A stretch of DNA of 64,000 nucleotides from Desulfurococcaceae archaeon (GCA_038888155.1 JAWAJB010000001.1:224001-288000), one strand, 5' to 3'; shown: positions 49,201 to 59,307, counted from the stretch's first letter. Notes: generated by a model not told the origin, from the letters alone. Made by a program: numbers and translations.

Positions 49201-51282
49201 TCACTTAAGCCACTTATTCAGCGCGTTGTATAGGGATAGGGCGTGTGCCTCGGCTGCTTTTAGTTGCTCTTGAATGGGTAGCTCTAGCTTGTAGACATAT
49301 CTGTTGAAGCCAGCGTCAAGTACGAGGTAGAATGCACTGGAGAGCGGCGCTGAAACATCGTTCAACCCGGGCCTAACAACACAGCCCTTAGCGCCCTGAC
49401 CACTGTAGACTACTAACCTACCGAGCACTTTTGACTTGAACTTAATAACGGCGTTAGCTATGCCAACCGCTACTTTAAATCCCCACAGCGGGTTTGTCTC
49501 AGGGATTGAGGGCACAATGTATCTAGCTATGAAGCCTCCTTCGCGGTATTCGTGAAAGCCCGCACTGGTGTGGGCTAGAATGTAGTCCATAAGGCCCCTT
49601 ACGACTACGTCCTCTCTACGCCTATAGATGAAGCCTTTGTGCTTAAGCTCTACTTCTACGCGAGCGGGAGTAATGCAGTTTCTAACAGTAGACCCCAGCG
49701 CCGAGAGCTCTAACGCCCCGTTTCTGCAAATGAGGCGGGAAAGGGCTTTCTCAGCGCTAGTGTTTATCCTAATGAAGCTGTAGTCTCCCCCGTGCTCTAC
49801 GTTCACGCTTAGCGCGGGCTCGGGGATCTCTACAACCTCTACTTTTAGGGGGATAAGCTTCTTGGAGGTCCCAGCGACGGAGTCAACAGCAACTGGCTCA
49901 ATGCTCGCTGGCACTTCGCCCATGCAAATAGAGTTTTTGCCCGCTCTCACCTCTTTACCCTCAACCAGGACCTTAACTCTGCTTGGTGCTTTTACCTCTT
50001 TTACGTCTAGCTCTAGGAGGGATAGACCGCCGCACTCGTGCACCCCTGTGCTAGTGAATGCCTTGGCATAAGCATTTACTTCTACCTTCGATGCTGGGCT
50101 CTCAATGGACGCTCCAATCGAGCCCAGGATGTGACGAATTTCGACGTTAAAATAGCAGGGCTCTAAGACGCTAGCCTCTTCATTTACTATCTCTAGCGAG
50201 CTTCCCAGTTTAACGCGGCGAGTCGTGTTATATGTAACTAGGGCTGGGACCTCAGGAGCAACTCTAACTGCGTGTTGCTCTTTCGCGGAGTCGCTTGGGG
50301 AGTCTAAGTATATGAAGGAATGCACTGGCTCGATTACTCCGCACATGCCCATCGTGCAGCAGAATACCTTGCCCTCAGTGCTCCAGCACCGAGAAGCGCT
50401 ATCCTTCTGCGCATTAATCGCGGGCTTTAAGCTTACATCGTGGACGGATAGAGCTTCACCTGAGTCTACTACAATGAAGTCGCTCGCAGTGACTAAAGCT
50501 TTCGCGGGAAGGCTAACGTTTAATTCTACTAGCGCTCCTCCCTCGAGCCTGTGCAATTTGTTTTGTACCTTAAAGACGGGTAAAGACTGGTGGAATCCAG
50601 TGAACTCCGCGCTCGCATCCCTGAGTAGAATAGTGGGCCTTGGGATATCTGGCTCCATCCACACGAGCCAGCCACTGCTCCTAGCCAAGAGCACGCTGTT
50701 AACGAGCGCGACGGCCTCTAGGGGAAATCCCGCTTCGAAGATCCTATCCTCAGTGACTAGGACGGTCCTGCCGTTACTGAAGACAACGCTGTATGACCTA
50801 TATCCAACTGCAGCCTTTACTGGCCTGCCCTTAAACGCCCTCTCGAGCTGTTGCGCGCCGCTGTAAGATGATGTAGCTACGTGAGTCCAGGGCGGATCGT
50901 AGAGAGCGACAATCAAGGCTCCTGGTACCTGCGAGTAAACAGCTTCGCCGCCAAAGAGCTTTACTCCATCTCCGAATTCAACAGCGTAGCCTTTAGCAGT
51001 TTTCACGAGCGCTAGACCGTGCTCTTCGTGAGAGAAGCCCGCTAGGGCGCCGCAGAGGTGTTCATCCCTATTGATGTAGACTGCGCTCTCACAGCCTTCT
51101 GCTTTCTCTACCCACGCCGAGCCGTGGACTCCTGTAGCTGTGATCTTTGGGTGTAACGCTAACCCTTTTAGAACAACTGACTCCATGTCGTAGGGACTTA
51201 AAGTGGGCTCGTAATCTAATAGCGGTAGCTCTAAATGAGATTTCACGCTGTATGGTAGCCTGATCCTCACGCCTGAAGTCAC
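49201..51282 (-). CDS. Large beta-rich hypothetical protein
   Basis: 693-aa ORF abutting the upstream membrane protein gene. Confidence 0.6.
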   Translation of the reverse strand: MTSGVRIRLPYSVKSHLELPLLDYEPTLSPYDMESVVLKGLALHPKITATGVHGSAWVEKAEGCESAVYINRDEHLCGALAGFSHEEHGLALVKTAKGYAVEFGDGVKLFGGEAVYSQVPGALIVALYDPPWTHVATSSYSGAQQLERAFKGRPVKAAVGYRSYSVVFSNGRTVLVTEDRIFEAGFPLEAVALVNSVLLARSSGWLVWMEPDIPRPTILLRDASAEFTGFHQSLPVFKVQNKLHRLEGGALVELNVSLPAKALVTASDFIVVDSGEALSVHDVSLKPAINAQKDSASRCWSTEGKVFCCTMGMCGVIEPVHSFIYLDSPSDSAKEQHAVRVAPEVPALVTYNTTRRVKLGSSLEIVNEEASVLEPCYFNVEIRHILGSIGASIESPASKVEVNAYAKAFTSTGVHECGGLSLLELDVKEVKAPSRVKVLVEGKEVRAGKNSICMGEVPASIEPVAVDSVAGTSKKLIPLKVEVVEIPEPALSVNVEHGGDYSFIRINTSAEKALSRLICRNGALELSALGSTVRNCITPARVEVELKHKGFIYRRREDVVVRGLMDYILAHTSAGFHEYREGGFIARYIVPSIPETNPLWGFKVAVGIANAVIKFKSKVLGRLVVYSGQGAKGCVVRPGLNDVSAPLSSAFYLVLDAGFNRYVYKLELPIQEQLKAAEAHALSLYNALNKWLK

Positions 51283-51609
51283 CTACTCGTTTTCGCTCCT
51301 CCGCCTTGGTCGCACTAAGGCGCAGAATAGCGATAGGAGCAACGAAAGCGATTTTGCCTCAAAGCTCATTGAGCCGCGCGAGAAGAGCGATGACAGTATG
51401 CCCGTGATCCCAGCAGCACACCCAAGAGCTAGTGGAGCGGGCACTCCGCGCAGCCCGCCCCATAAGAGGATTATTGCAGGGAAAAAATACAGCAAGTGTT
51501 TGACTCGAAACAGACCGAAAACGCGCTCGTTTAAGATGCCAATATCCCCAATTGATATGAACTTACGCTGCCTACTCTCGAACTCAACCACGCCCTTCCC
51601 CGTTTTCAA
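51283..51609 (-). CDS. Small 2-TM membrane protein (PrgI/VirB3-like)
   Basis: ERVFGLF.VKHL followed by two TM helices; near virB4. Confidence 0.5.
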   Translation of the reverse strand: MKTGKGVVEFESRQRKFISIGDIGILNERVFGLFRVKHLLYFFPAIILLWGGLRGVPAPLALGCAAGITGILSSLFSRGSMSFEAKSLSLLLSLFCALVRPRRRSENE

Positions 51610-51710
51610 ATGCGTAGCTTATAAGCAAGCGGGTAGTTGAACTCCCAATTGCGCTTAATTGGTCTACCCCCCTTACCTTTAAGATTTCATAGGCGAGAGA
51701 CCTCGAGTTG

Positions 51711-52832
51711 CTAGGGACTAACTGCTTCAGCGGCAAGAGAAACTGTTGCAGAGAGCGACCCCGCGAGAGCCTCGATGCCGACTAGTATGTAGGCCTCGCT
51801 CAGGGCGAGGTCTGCTAGGCTAGCGTTCACGCAGTAGGTTTTGCTCCAAGACTTAGCGCTCACTGGCCCCTCCTCGAGCTTTACTCTGGCTAGCCACGAG
51901 GAGGGCCTGTAGTTCTCAGCGTGGTAGAGTATTGTGGCGCCACCAGTGTAAGCCCCCACTGAATTGTAGGTAGTGACAGGGGACGAAATGTCGTAGCTCG
52001 CGTCGTATACATATACTACGGGCACGAAGCTCACGCTAGCAGACGAGCTCACGGAAAAGTGCGCGGAGAGCGAGACGATATCTGCACCGGACGCCCTCAC
52101 GACTCTGTACACTTGCGCGTAGCCGCCTCCTGAGACAATAGTCACAGAGTCGTTCTGGACTGCGTACGAAACTGTTTTCCCGCAGCCGCTCAGCGATCCG
52201 CTGCTCCTGTTGTACGTCAGCGCAGAGAAGGCGCAGTATGGCACGCCAGTTGACGTGGCGAAAATGTCCACGTTGTTGGCGCCGAACTGCGCATAGGGGT
52301 ATATAGATGGACCGCTAACTAAGGCGTCTGCGGAGGCTGAAGAGCCGACGAACATCTTGAAACCAACTGGGAGGACCGCTACGCGCGGTCTCGAAAGGGA
52401 GTCTCGAAGATGATCGAGCAGCTGGGCAACCCCTCCATAGGGGTCCCAAGTGAAAACGTTGCCGAGCGATGTGACAGCCACGAGGTGAGCCCGTCCGCTC
52501 TTCACGGCCTCTGCAGTTGATCTATCGGCTACAAGTTGCGTCCAATTCAGAGCTACGAACAAGCTCTCGCGGCCTTCATATATAACTCCGTCCTCGTTGT
52601 AGGAAGCAATGTACAAAACCCTTGAGCCCACTGTAGAGCGCGCGTATATCGCGCCGTTGGAGTAGTAGAAGTAGAGCTGCTCGGCCCTTCTAGCCGCGTC
52701 GAGCTGTGCTATCTCCGATGCCTCCTGCAACTGCCTTGAAGCAGACCTCGTAACGAGGCTGTAGGCAACAAGGCCCAGCAGTATTAGCGCGGATATGACA
52801 ATTGCCCCAACAGCCTCTGCCTGCCCCCTCAC
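51711..52832 (-). CDS. Archaeal type IV pilin-like protein (class III signal peptide)
   Basis: MRG/QAEAVGAIV cleavage motif plus hydrophobic helix; E.L and V.VTSLGNVF motifs. Confidence 0.75.
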   Translation of the reverse strand: MRGQAEAVGAIVISALILLGLVAYSLVTRSASRQLQEASEIAQLDAARRAEQLYFYYSNGAIYARSTVGSRVLYIASYNEDGVIYEGRESLFVALNWTQLVADRSTAEAVKSGRAHLVAVTSLGNVFTWDPYGGVAQLLDHLRDSLSRPRVAVLPVGFKMFVGSSASADALVSGPSIYPYAQFGANNVDIFATSTGVPYCAFSALTYNRSSGSLSGCGKTVSYAVQNDSVTIVSGGGYAQVYRVVRASGADIVSLSAHFSVSSSASVSFVPVVYVYDASYDISSPVTTYNSVGAYTGGATILYHAENYRPSSWLARVKLEEGPVSAKSWSKTYCVNASLADLALSEAYILVGIEALAGSLSATVSLAAEAVSP

Positions 52833-52836
52833 GCTC

Positions 52837-53193
52837 TCACTCCCCGAACTTCTTCACGGGTAGTATCCCCTCGCTGTCCGCGTAAGCGCAAGTGGCGTTC
52901 GAGGGCGCTACGTAGAGGACTTTGCACTCTCCAGGGCCCAGAGCGCCTACTTTCACGCGGCTTTCTCCGCAGATTACTGTTGCTTCTGCTCTCGGCGCAC
53001 TGCCGTAATTTACTGCAATTACTGCGTTATGAGTTGAGTTAAACCGCAGCGCGATTGCTGTGACCGGCAATGCGCCTGCAATCCTCATTGAAGCTACTCG
53101 CTCCACGTTGCTTCTCGCGTGCTGAAACAGCGCGGCTCCACCTGTAAGGACTACGAGGGCTAATGCTATTCCGGCGACAAAGCTAGATGCCAT
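52837..53193 (-). CDS. Small pilin-like membrane-anchored protein
   Basis: N-terminal hydrophobic helix; N.G and L.PGE Ig-like motifs. Confidence 0.5.
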   Translation of the reverse strand: MASSFVAGIALALVVLTGGAALFQHARSNVERVASMRIAGALPVTAIALRFNSTHNAVIAVNYGSAPRAEATVICGESRVKVGALGPGECKVLYVAPSNATCAYADSEGILPVKKFGE

Positions 53194-53243
53194 GGGGTCT
53201 CGCCCATTGATAATAGCCTGCTTTTAAAGCACAAGCGCAACTA

Positions 53244-55070
53244 GTGGGAAGCTGGTTGAGGGGAGTTAATAAAAGCAGAGGATATGAGTGGTACAGGCTT
53301 CAAGGAGTGAGCTTCGCGATACTGTCCTACGAGGAGAGGGACTCCGTTTTATCTGAATTCAGCGCCCTGCTAGGGGCCGTGAAGCGAGGTGCTGTCCTAG
53401 TTAGGAGGATCCCCAGCTCGTTCAAGTACTCTGGGTACGAATTCGCCGTAGTTAAGACTGAGTTCTACTTGAGGGCGGAAAGAGGGAGCCAAGTGCTACA
53501 CTTCAACGCAGAGAAAGTGAAAGAGGTGGACAGACCGCAGATCAAGAGGCTGGTCAATCCATATACTCTCCTCCTCGATGGAGGTCAGTACGCGAGAGTG
53601 CTAGCTGCTTACAAGTTCCCTGCCCTACTGCCCGAGGGCTTTCTGTATACGCTGTTTAGCGAAGCGTCCGAAATAGCGCTTGTGTTCAGAGAAGTAGAGC
53701 GCAGTAGAGCTGTTTCAACGGCAGAGCTTGCTAGGAAGAGGCGCTTGACGTCTGCTAGCGGTAGAGTAGAGGATGCATGGGAGGCTGGAGCGCTAGAGGA
53801 GCTCGCGACGCGCGTGTTAGCGGGCTCGTCGCTCTTCGAGCACTACTTGTTGATAACGATATCTGCGTATAGCGTTGAAGAGCTAGCAACTAGGGAGAGG
53901 GCAGTTAGGGTAGCACTTAAGGGCTTTGGCTTAGAAGCTGAGGCCCCGCCTATACAGGAAGACCTGTACAGGCTAAACCCCTGCCCGCTTCTCTGCGTTG
54001 AAAAGCGCTACGCGGACGGCGAGAGCCTAAAGGCGCTATTCCCCCTAGTGGATGAGGAGCTACAAGACGTTAACGGCGTCTTCTTGGGTGTAAGCGGCAC
54101 TGGCTCACCAGTTCTCATAGACGTGTGGTCCAAGCATAACTTGAACTTCGTGGTAGCGGGCGTGACGGGCAGCGGCAAGTCAGTAACTGCTAAAGTTTAC
54201 TTGAAGAGACTGCGCGAGCTAGACCGCAAAATAGTGTACGTAGGAGTAGACCCTGAATCAGAGTACACAAGAGTAGCCCGGCATTTCGGTGCTCAAGCAG
54301 TAGAGATAGGAGAGAACCAGGGGCTCGGTTTAGACCCAATTAAGCTAATGAGAGAGGGAGCGCTCGAGATATCGCAGGTCTCGGATGTACTCGCTGAGAT
54401 ATACGGAGTACCGGAGCGCCTACAGGGTGTTCTACGTAAAGAGCTCTTCTTGAGCGCAGACTTCTTGGATGATGTAACAGAATTCGCCAGCAGCGTGAAA
54501 GACTCCGAGCTAGCGAGGTATCTTCAAGGAGCTACAGTTCCACCGGACTTGCTGGTATACGAGGGAAATCCGCCCCCTTTAGGCGGCTCAACGATCTTTG
54601 GGCTTAGGAATGTCCGTAGCAAGAGGCTAAAAGTACTCATATCCGCGCTGATATCTGCGTACGCCTACAGCAAGTTGCTAACGAGGGCCCAGAGATCAGT
54701 TTTCTTTGTCGACGAAGCGTGGCTCTTCATGGAGACGCCCTCTATTATCAACTTGTTTGAAGACACAGCGCGCAGAGGGCGCAAGCACGGCGTCGCGTTC
54801 ATCTACATATCACAGAGAGCCGAAGATCTAGCCAGGTCGCCCCAAGGGAGAGCAATACTAGAGCAAAGCTCTACAGTTCTACTATTGAGGCAGGAGCCCC
54901 AGGGGAGAGATGCAGTTAGAGAAATATACAAGCTCTCAAGCGCTGAAGCAGACTACCTAGTGAGCGCCCGAGTGGGGAGCGGCATCCTCAAAGCGAGTAG
55001 GAAGAGGATAACTCTGCAGGTGTTGCCCACGCAAGAGGAGCTCGAACTCTTCTCCACTACGGTGCAGTAG
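53244..55070 (+). CDS. VirB4-family T4SS ATPase
   Basis: G.PV.ID.W, GVTGSGKS, DPESEY, VDEAW, RRGRKHG...ISQ, LS..E...L....G.G. Confidence 0.88.
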   Translation: MGSWLRGVNKSRGYEWYRLQGVSFAILSYEERDSVLSEFSALLGAVKRGAVLVRRIPSSFKYSGYEFAVVKTEFYLRAERGSQVLHFNAEKVKEVDRPQIKRLVNPYTLLLDGGQYARVLAAYKFPALLPEGFLYTLFSEASEIALVFREVERSRAVSTAELARKRRLTSASGRVEDAWEAGALEELATRVLAGSSLFEHYLLITISAYSVEELATRERAVRVALKGFGLEAEAPPIQEDLYRLNPCPLLCVEKRYADGESLKALFPLVDEELQDVNGVFLGVSGTGSPVLIDVWSKHNLNFVVAGVTGSGKSVTAKVYLKRLRELDRKIVYVGVDPESEYTRVARHFGAQAVEIGENQGLGLDPIKLMREGALEISQVSDVLAEIYGVPERLQGVLRKELFLSADFLDDVTEFASSVKDSELARYLQGATVPPDLLVYEGNPPPLGGSTIFGLRNVRSKRLKVLISALISAYAYSKLLTRAQRSVFFVDEAWLFMETPSIINLFEDTARRGRKHGVAFIYISQRAEDLARSPQGRAILEQSSTVLLLRQEPQGRDAVREIYKLSSAEADYLVSARVGSGILKASRKRITLQVLPTQEELELFSTTVQ

Positions 55071-55283
55071 ATGAGCCTTGAAGAGTGCATTGAGGTGTAC
55101 TTGAAGGCTAGAATGCCTGGACTGTATTACGCCTTATCCCTCGTTGCTAGGATCGAGCACCGCGCTGAATTCGAAGAGCTACTAGTGCGCGATAGATGGA
55201 AAGCTCTCAGCACAGCAAGGAAGCTCTACGGTGAAGAAGCTACCTCGTTCTTGTTAAAGGTGCTTGAAGAAGCGTGTTTCTAA
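55071..55283 (+). CDS. Small helical hypothetical protein
   Basis: Starts immediately after the virB4 stop. Confidence 0.65.
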   Translation: MSLEECIEVYLKARMPGLYYALSLVARIEHRAEFEELLVRDRWKALSTARKLYGEEATSFLLKVLEEACF

Positions 55284-55564
55284 ATAAGCAAAGAGAGGGG
55301 CAGGAAGCATGGGGGAAGCGGGCACGAGCGCTGTTAGCTGTTCCTTTATTCCGGTAATATTCTAGAGACAAAGGAACTTGCACGGATGAGGGGCTACAGT
55401 AATTCCAGGATTAGCTACTCGAGCTCCCTGGGGGGCTGGGCAGGATACCCGGTTCGCTGCCTGAACGTGCGAGAAAATGTTAAAAGAAGCTTTACAGGAC
55501 AAAAGGTCAGACTGCTTTGCGCCAGACCCTCTTCGCGTTTTAAAGCCGAAAATACTCACGGGAA

Positions 55565-57676
55565 TTGATAGTGGCTGACATATGGGAGCTGATTTCGTAT
55601 GGGCTGTGGATCGCCTCTGCGTGTGGGCTGAGCAGCTTTATATATGGAGTGATACTCAGAGCGCTGGGCAGAGAAGACTACAGTAGATTCATTGCAGGCG
55701 GTCTATCCGCAGTGCTCGTTGTTGCCTTTGGGTGGGGACTAGTCCAAGCACTCTACGGGGGCGCAGAGCCGCCGGCTCCATACGGCTGGGTTTTCTACGC
55801 AATAGCAGGCGCGCTACTAGCGTGCGCTGCTGTATACTTAGCTATTGGGAAGACGCACGAGGGCTCTCAGTCTCTAATAGGTGCGCTATTAATTGTTGGC
55901 ATAGGCTTCTTCGCGGCATCGCTAGCTACTGGCGTGGAAGTAGGCCCCAGTGGAGCGATATCTGTCACGGCTGTCCCATCGACAACTATGCTCAAGAACA
56001 ACGAGGAGCTCAAGATAGCGGTTATCCCAGCTGGTGGAGACCCGCCTTACTACGTTAGCGTTGACTGGGGAGATGGAGAAAGTAGCGCAGGCTCAACGAG
56101 CGCGAACATATCTTTCACGAAGAGGTACGACTTGCCGGAGGAGAAGCCAGCGGACTCTTTTACAATTAAAGTAGATGTTGCAGATGTAAAGGGGAGGGTA
56201 GGGTTTAACATATTAGCGGTTACAGTGCAGAACCAGGACTACTGTCCACTACCTTGGCCCTTCAGCCTGCTGTGCGGGTTCTACGAGCTCGTATCAGCCG
56301 TAGTGCCGGCAATTGATTTGCAGAAGCTAGTAGAGTGCCCCCTGTTCCCAACGAGCGGCGACCTCCACGATCTATACAATTTCATACTAAGCGCCTCAAT
56401 GGGCGCTCTCGGATTGTTCCTCGCGTTTAATTTAGCGTGGAGAGTTGTTGGGGGAGAGGATGTAGCTGGAGGGCTGGTGCAGTCCCTGAAAGAAAGTGTT
56501 ACCGTAGTTGCACTAGCTCTCCTCGCACCTTACGTCTACAACGCTACGGCTCAGGTCCTCAACGCAGTATCCTACCAGCTAGTGAGTAGAATAGCTATAG
56601 GCTGGGTCTTCGCGTGGATAATGCTGCAGATAGCGCTCGGAGTGGTTATAGGCTACTTCGTGCCCTTTATGGCGCAATACGCTGCTTTCATGGCTGTAAC
56701 GCTCTTTTTAGCAAGTACTGTAGTGTACGCGAGATATATTTTAATAATAACACTAGTAGCTGCCTCGCCGCTACTAGCCGTAAGCTATTTGCACCCGAGT
56801 CTAAGAGGCGTGGTCAGGCACATGGTAGCGATTCTCGCAGGGTTAATGCTCGCGGGGCCACTAGCTGCAGTATTCCTAGTAGTGCTAAACAAGGTTATAC
56901 CCGGGCAGGACATAGTCTTCGGAATACTTTACCCCTTGATAGTTGGTGCGCTACCCTCAATGCTGGGGGTATTTGGAAGCGGGGCGCTGGGGGGCATGGC
57001 AGGAGCAGTTAGAGGGGGACTAGCTACTCTTGGCGGGACAGTTGGGAGAGCGATGGGTAGGAGAGAAGCGGGGGCTACAGCGATTACCAGCTTCCAAGGA
57101 GCCACGGTAGTAGCACCCTCTACGATAAAGCTGAGGGCACCGGCAGTCTCGGCAACACCTAAGAGAGCAACTGGCTTGTATCCAAAATTGGAAACACCGA
57201 CAACTTCGAAGCCACGGATTGAAGGCGCGAGGGTAGCAGAGGTACTGGTTGACGTCTCGAAGCCAGCGCCGATAATTAGGCCCGGGCTCATCAAGCACGC
57301 TGGAGCTGAGGCAAGTCTAAAACGAGAAGTAGCCGAGTCGGTGAGAGAGGTTCAGGCGCTAGGACCGGGCATAGCATACACACTTGAAGGAGCCGAGAAA
57401 GCTAAACGTATAGAGCAAGAAGTAAAACGAGAACTAGTAAGACCAAGATGGGAGAGCCTTAAAGAGTTCACAAAAGACCAGGCAGGGCTAAGCTGGAGAC
57501 AATTGAAGACAAACACAAGAGCCTACGCTCAACATTTCAAGGAGGGGTTAAAGTATCATGTAGAAAGAGAGCTAGGAATAAAGATAGAGAGAGCAGTTGC
57601 TGATACGCATGAAACCAAGGGTACTTATGTAGATAGTGCATCGAGGAGAATTAGGCGTGTTGTTCTCCGCAGTTAG
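55565..57676 (+). CDS. VirB6/CedA-like polytopic membrane protein with PKD domain
   Basis: Four N-terminal TMs, GGDPPY..V.WGDG PKD, multi-TM core, Gly/Ala-rich then charged tail. Confidence 0.65.
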   Translation: MIVADIWELISYGLWIASACGLSSFIYGVILRALGREDYSRFIAGGLSAVLVVAFGWGLVQALYGGAEPPAPYGWVFYAIAGALLACAAVYLAIGKTHEGSQSLIGALLIVGIGFFAASLATGVEVGPSGAISVTAVPSTTMLKNNEELKIAVIPAGGDPPYYVSVDWGDGESSAGSTSANISFTKRYDLPEEKPADSFTIKVDVADVKGRVGFNILAVTVQNQDYCPLPWPFSLLCGFYELVSAVVPAIDLQKLVECPLFPTSGDLHDLYNFILSASMGALGLFLAFNLAWRVVGGEDVAGGLVQSLKESVTVVALALLAPYVYNATAQVLNAVSYQLVSRIAIGWVFAWIMLQIALGVVIGYFVPFMAQYAAFMAVTLFLASTVVYARYILIITLVAASPLLAVSYLHPSLRGVVRHMVAILAGLMLAGPLAAVFLVVLNKVIPGQDIVFGILYPLIVGALPSMLGVFGSGALGGMAGAVRGGLATLGGTVGRAMGRREAGATAITSFQGATVVAPSTIKLRAPAVSATPKRATGLYPKLETPTTSKPRIEGARVAEVLVDVSKPAPIIRPGLIKHAGAEASLKREVAESVREVQALGPGIAYTLEGAEKAKRIEQEVKRELVRPRWESLKEFTKDQAGLSWRQLKTNTRAYAQHFKEGLKYHVERELGIKIERAVADTHETKGTYVDSASRRIRRVVLRS
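57178..57196. repeat. Palindromic repeat copy 1 (GTATCCAAAATTGGAAACA)
   Basis: 18/19 identical to copies 2 and 3. Confidence 0.7.
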
Positions 57677-58254
57677 AGAAATTTGAGTTCAACCAGATCT
57701 GCTTCGTAATACAGAAAACCCACATCCATGGCCAGGCCCACGGCAATAGCAAAGTTTTTCCTCAAAGCCTCCTCCGTCTCACCAAAGAATCCGGGAACGT
57801 CGCGGGCGTAAATGGTCGCTATTATTCCATGTAGGTCTCCGAGAGTTATGCCCGGATTCGCTTCGATGTTAGCTATGACGTTTAATAGCGCGCCTGGTTC
57901 TATGCGGAATCTAACACCGTCAAACCGCTCTATCACTAGTCGGTCACCATCCGGATCTGGTCTTTCTTCAATGGTCTTATACCTTGGGTATATTAGGATT
58001 TTGTCTAGTTTCTCTAGGAACGTGTAAATGTGGGTTCCCTTATCTGTGCAGTCCACGATTCCAAGGTAACACGGTTGTTCGTCCGGGCTTCCAAGTAGAA
58101 GCCTAGAGTCAAGCAATATTGCGTTCTCTCTATCATCTACGTGTGCTCTAAGCATAGCTGGTTTGTAAACACTAACCCATTCGCCCTGAGGAGTTCTAAC
58201 AGCATAAAGTATTTTCTTCTCTCTCATCTTTTCAGGGGCGGTTTTAGCGTCCAT
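57673..58254 (-). CDS. Hypothetical protein
   Basis: 193-aa ORF. Confidence 0.6.
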   Translation of the reverse strand: MDAKTAPEKMREKKILYAVRTPQGEWVSVYKPAMLRAHVDDRENAILLDSRLLLGSPDEQPCYLGIVDCTDKGTHIYTFLEKLDKILIYPRYKTIEERPDPDGDRLVIERFDGVRFRIEPGALLNVIANIEANPGITLGDLHGIIATIYARDVPGFFGETEEALRKNFAIAVGLAMDVGFLYYEADLVELKFL

Positions 58255-58299
58255 TGAGATTCCCTGATAATGATTTCACAACTTTATAAATTGAACAGT

Positions 58300-58506
58300 T
58301 CAGTAATATTTTCGTTCAAGCTCTTTTATGGCATTTAACAACTCATCGACATCGTTGCGTAGCGGATCATTGGCTGGCTCTCTACATAGAGCGGCTTTAC
58401 AGCACTCAAGGATCCCTTTACGCTTCACGAGTATTTCTCTTAGTGTGAGAAGAGATAAAAAACCTCCTTGAAAATGCTCAGCCCCATGATTTTTCTTACA
58501 ATCCAT
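58300..58506 (-). CDS. Small hypothetical protein
   Basis: ATG ORF in AT-rich segment. Confidence 0.4.
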   Translation of the reverse strand: MDCKKNHGAEHFQGGFLSLLTLREILVKRKGILECCKAALCREPANDPLRNDVDELLNAIKELERKYY

Positions 58507-58540
58507 AATGCAATAAATCTTACTAATAAAAATGCAATTA

Positions 58541-58768
58541 TTAACAATATAATGAATGTTGTCGTATCTGTCGGTGGTTGTAGTAAGTTGTAGTTGAATA
58601 GCGATACACCGAACTTACCAATGAAATAATAAAAGCCATTATTGCTATAAGTATACCGATAGCTCCACCAGAAATAGATCCCATTGCAATTATAAGCTCC
58701 TTAGTTTCTTTTACTATTTCCTTACATTGGTCTATGGTAACTTCTTGATGTTTAGTGTCATTACACAT
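58541..58768 (-). CDS. Small single-TM hypothetical protein
   Basis: One hydrophobic segment; AT-rich. Confidence 0.45.
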   Translation of the reverse strand: MCNDTKHQEVTIDQCKEIVKETKELIIAMGSISGGAIGILIAIMAFIISLVSSVYRYSTTTYYNHRQIRQHSLYC

Positions 58769-58793
58769 GATTTACACTCTCAACATGGGCAGT

Positions 58794-58997
58794 CTATTCC
58801 GCTTTGTAATATATTAGGGCTTTCCGTCTCTTCCCCTCTATCTCTAGTTCTAGCACTCTCGCTATGAGGAAGTCTCCTTTCTCCCAGCCGAGTTCTTTAA
58901 CCAGTATAGAGGGCACTGTAGCAACATACTGTGTTCCAGAGGGCTTGAGCTTCCTAGCCTGTAGCTTGACGACTTCTATCGGCAAAGCCTCACCCAC
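58794..58997 (-). CDS. AbrB/MazE/SpoVT-like DNA-binding protein
   Basis: QY.ATVP..LVKELGW.KGD.L signature; GGAGG RBS. Confidence 0.85.
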   Translation of the reverse strand: MGEALPIEVVKLQARKLKPSGTQYVATVPSILVKELGWEKGDFLIARVLELEIEGKRRKALIYYKAE

Positions 58998-59132
58998 CTC
59001 CGTTTATATCAACAAACAGTTATAAACGTAGTGTGGCTTAACAACTAGCTACAACAGGTAATTTTATAAATCCCTTAACGACTAGTAATCAATGGTGACA
59101 ACATTAAACAACTATAATCCCTCAAGTCTAAA

Positions 59133-59297
59133 ATGAATAGATTTAAACAAGTCATCTACGTTGTGGAGAAGTCTAAGACACAAGAGGGAGCACTTGAGAA
59201 GCTGTCAAGGTCACTAGAGGAGCTGGAGGCAGGGTCCAATGCGCTGTTGATCGAGGATGAGAAGCGCTCGGTTTTTAAAGGCAGTGTCTCCGGCTGA
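59133..59297 (+). CDS. Small hypothetical protein (54 aa, not in ORF track)
   Basis: MNRFKQVIYVVEKSKTQEGALEKLSRSLEELEAGS...; first gene of the rightward operon. Confidence 0.5.
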   Translation: MNRFKQVIYVVEKSKTQEGALEKLSRSLEELEAGSNALLIEDEKRSVFKGSVSG

Positions 59298-59307
59298 GGG
59301 GTTGAAT

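Noticed and set aside
50225-50866. 213-aa plus-strand ORF and similar antisense ORFs across the window
   Set aside because: Ser/Thr/Leu-rich shadow frames opposite better-supported genes
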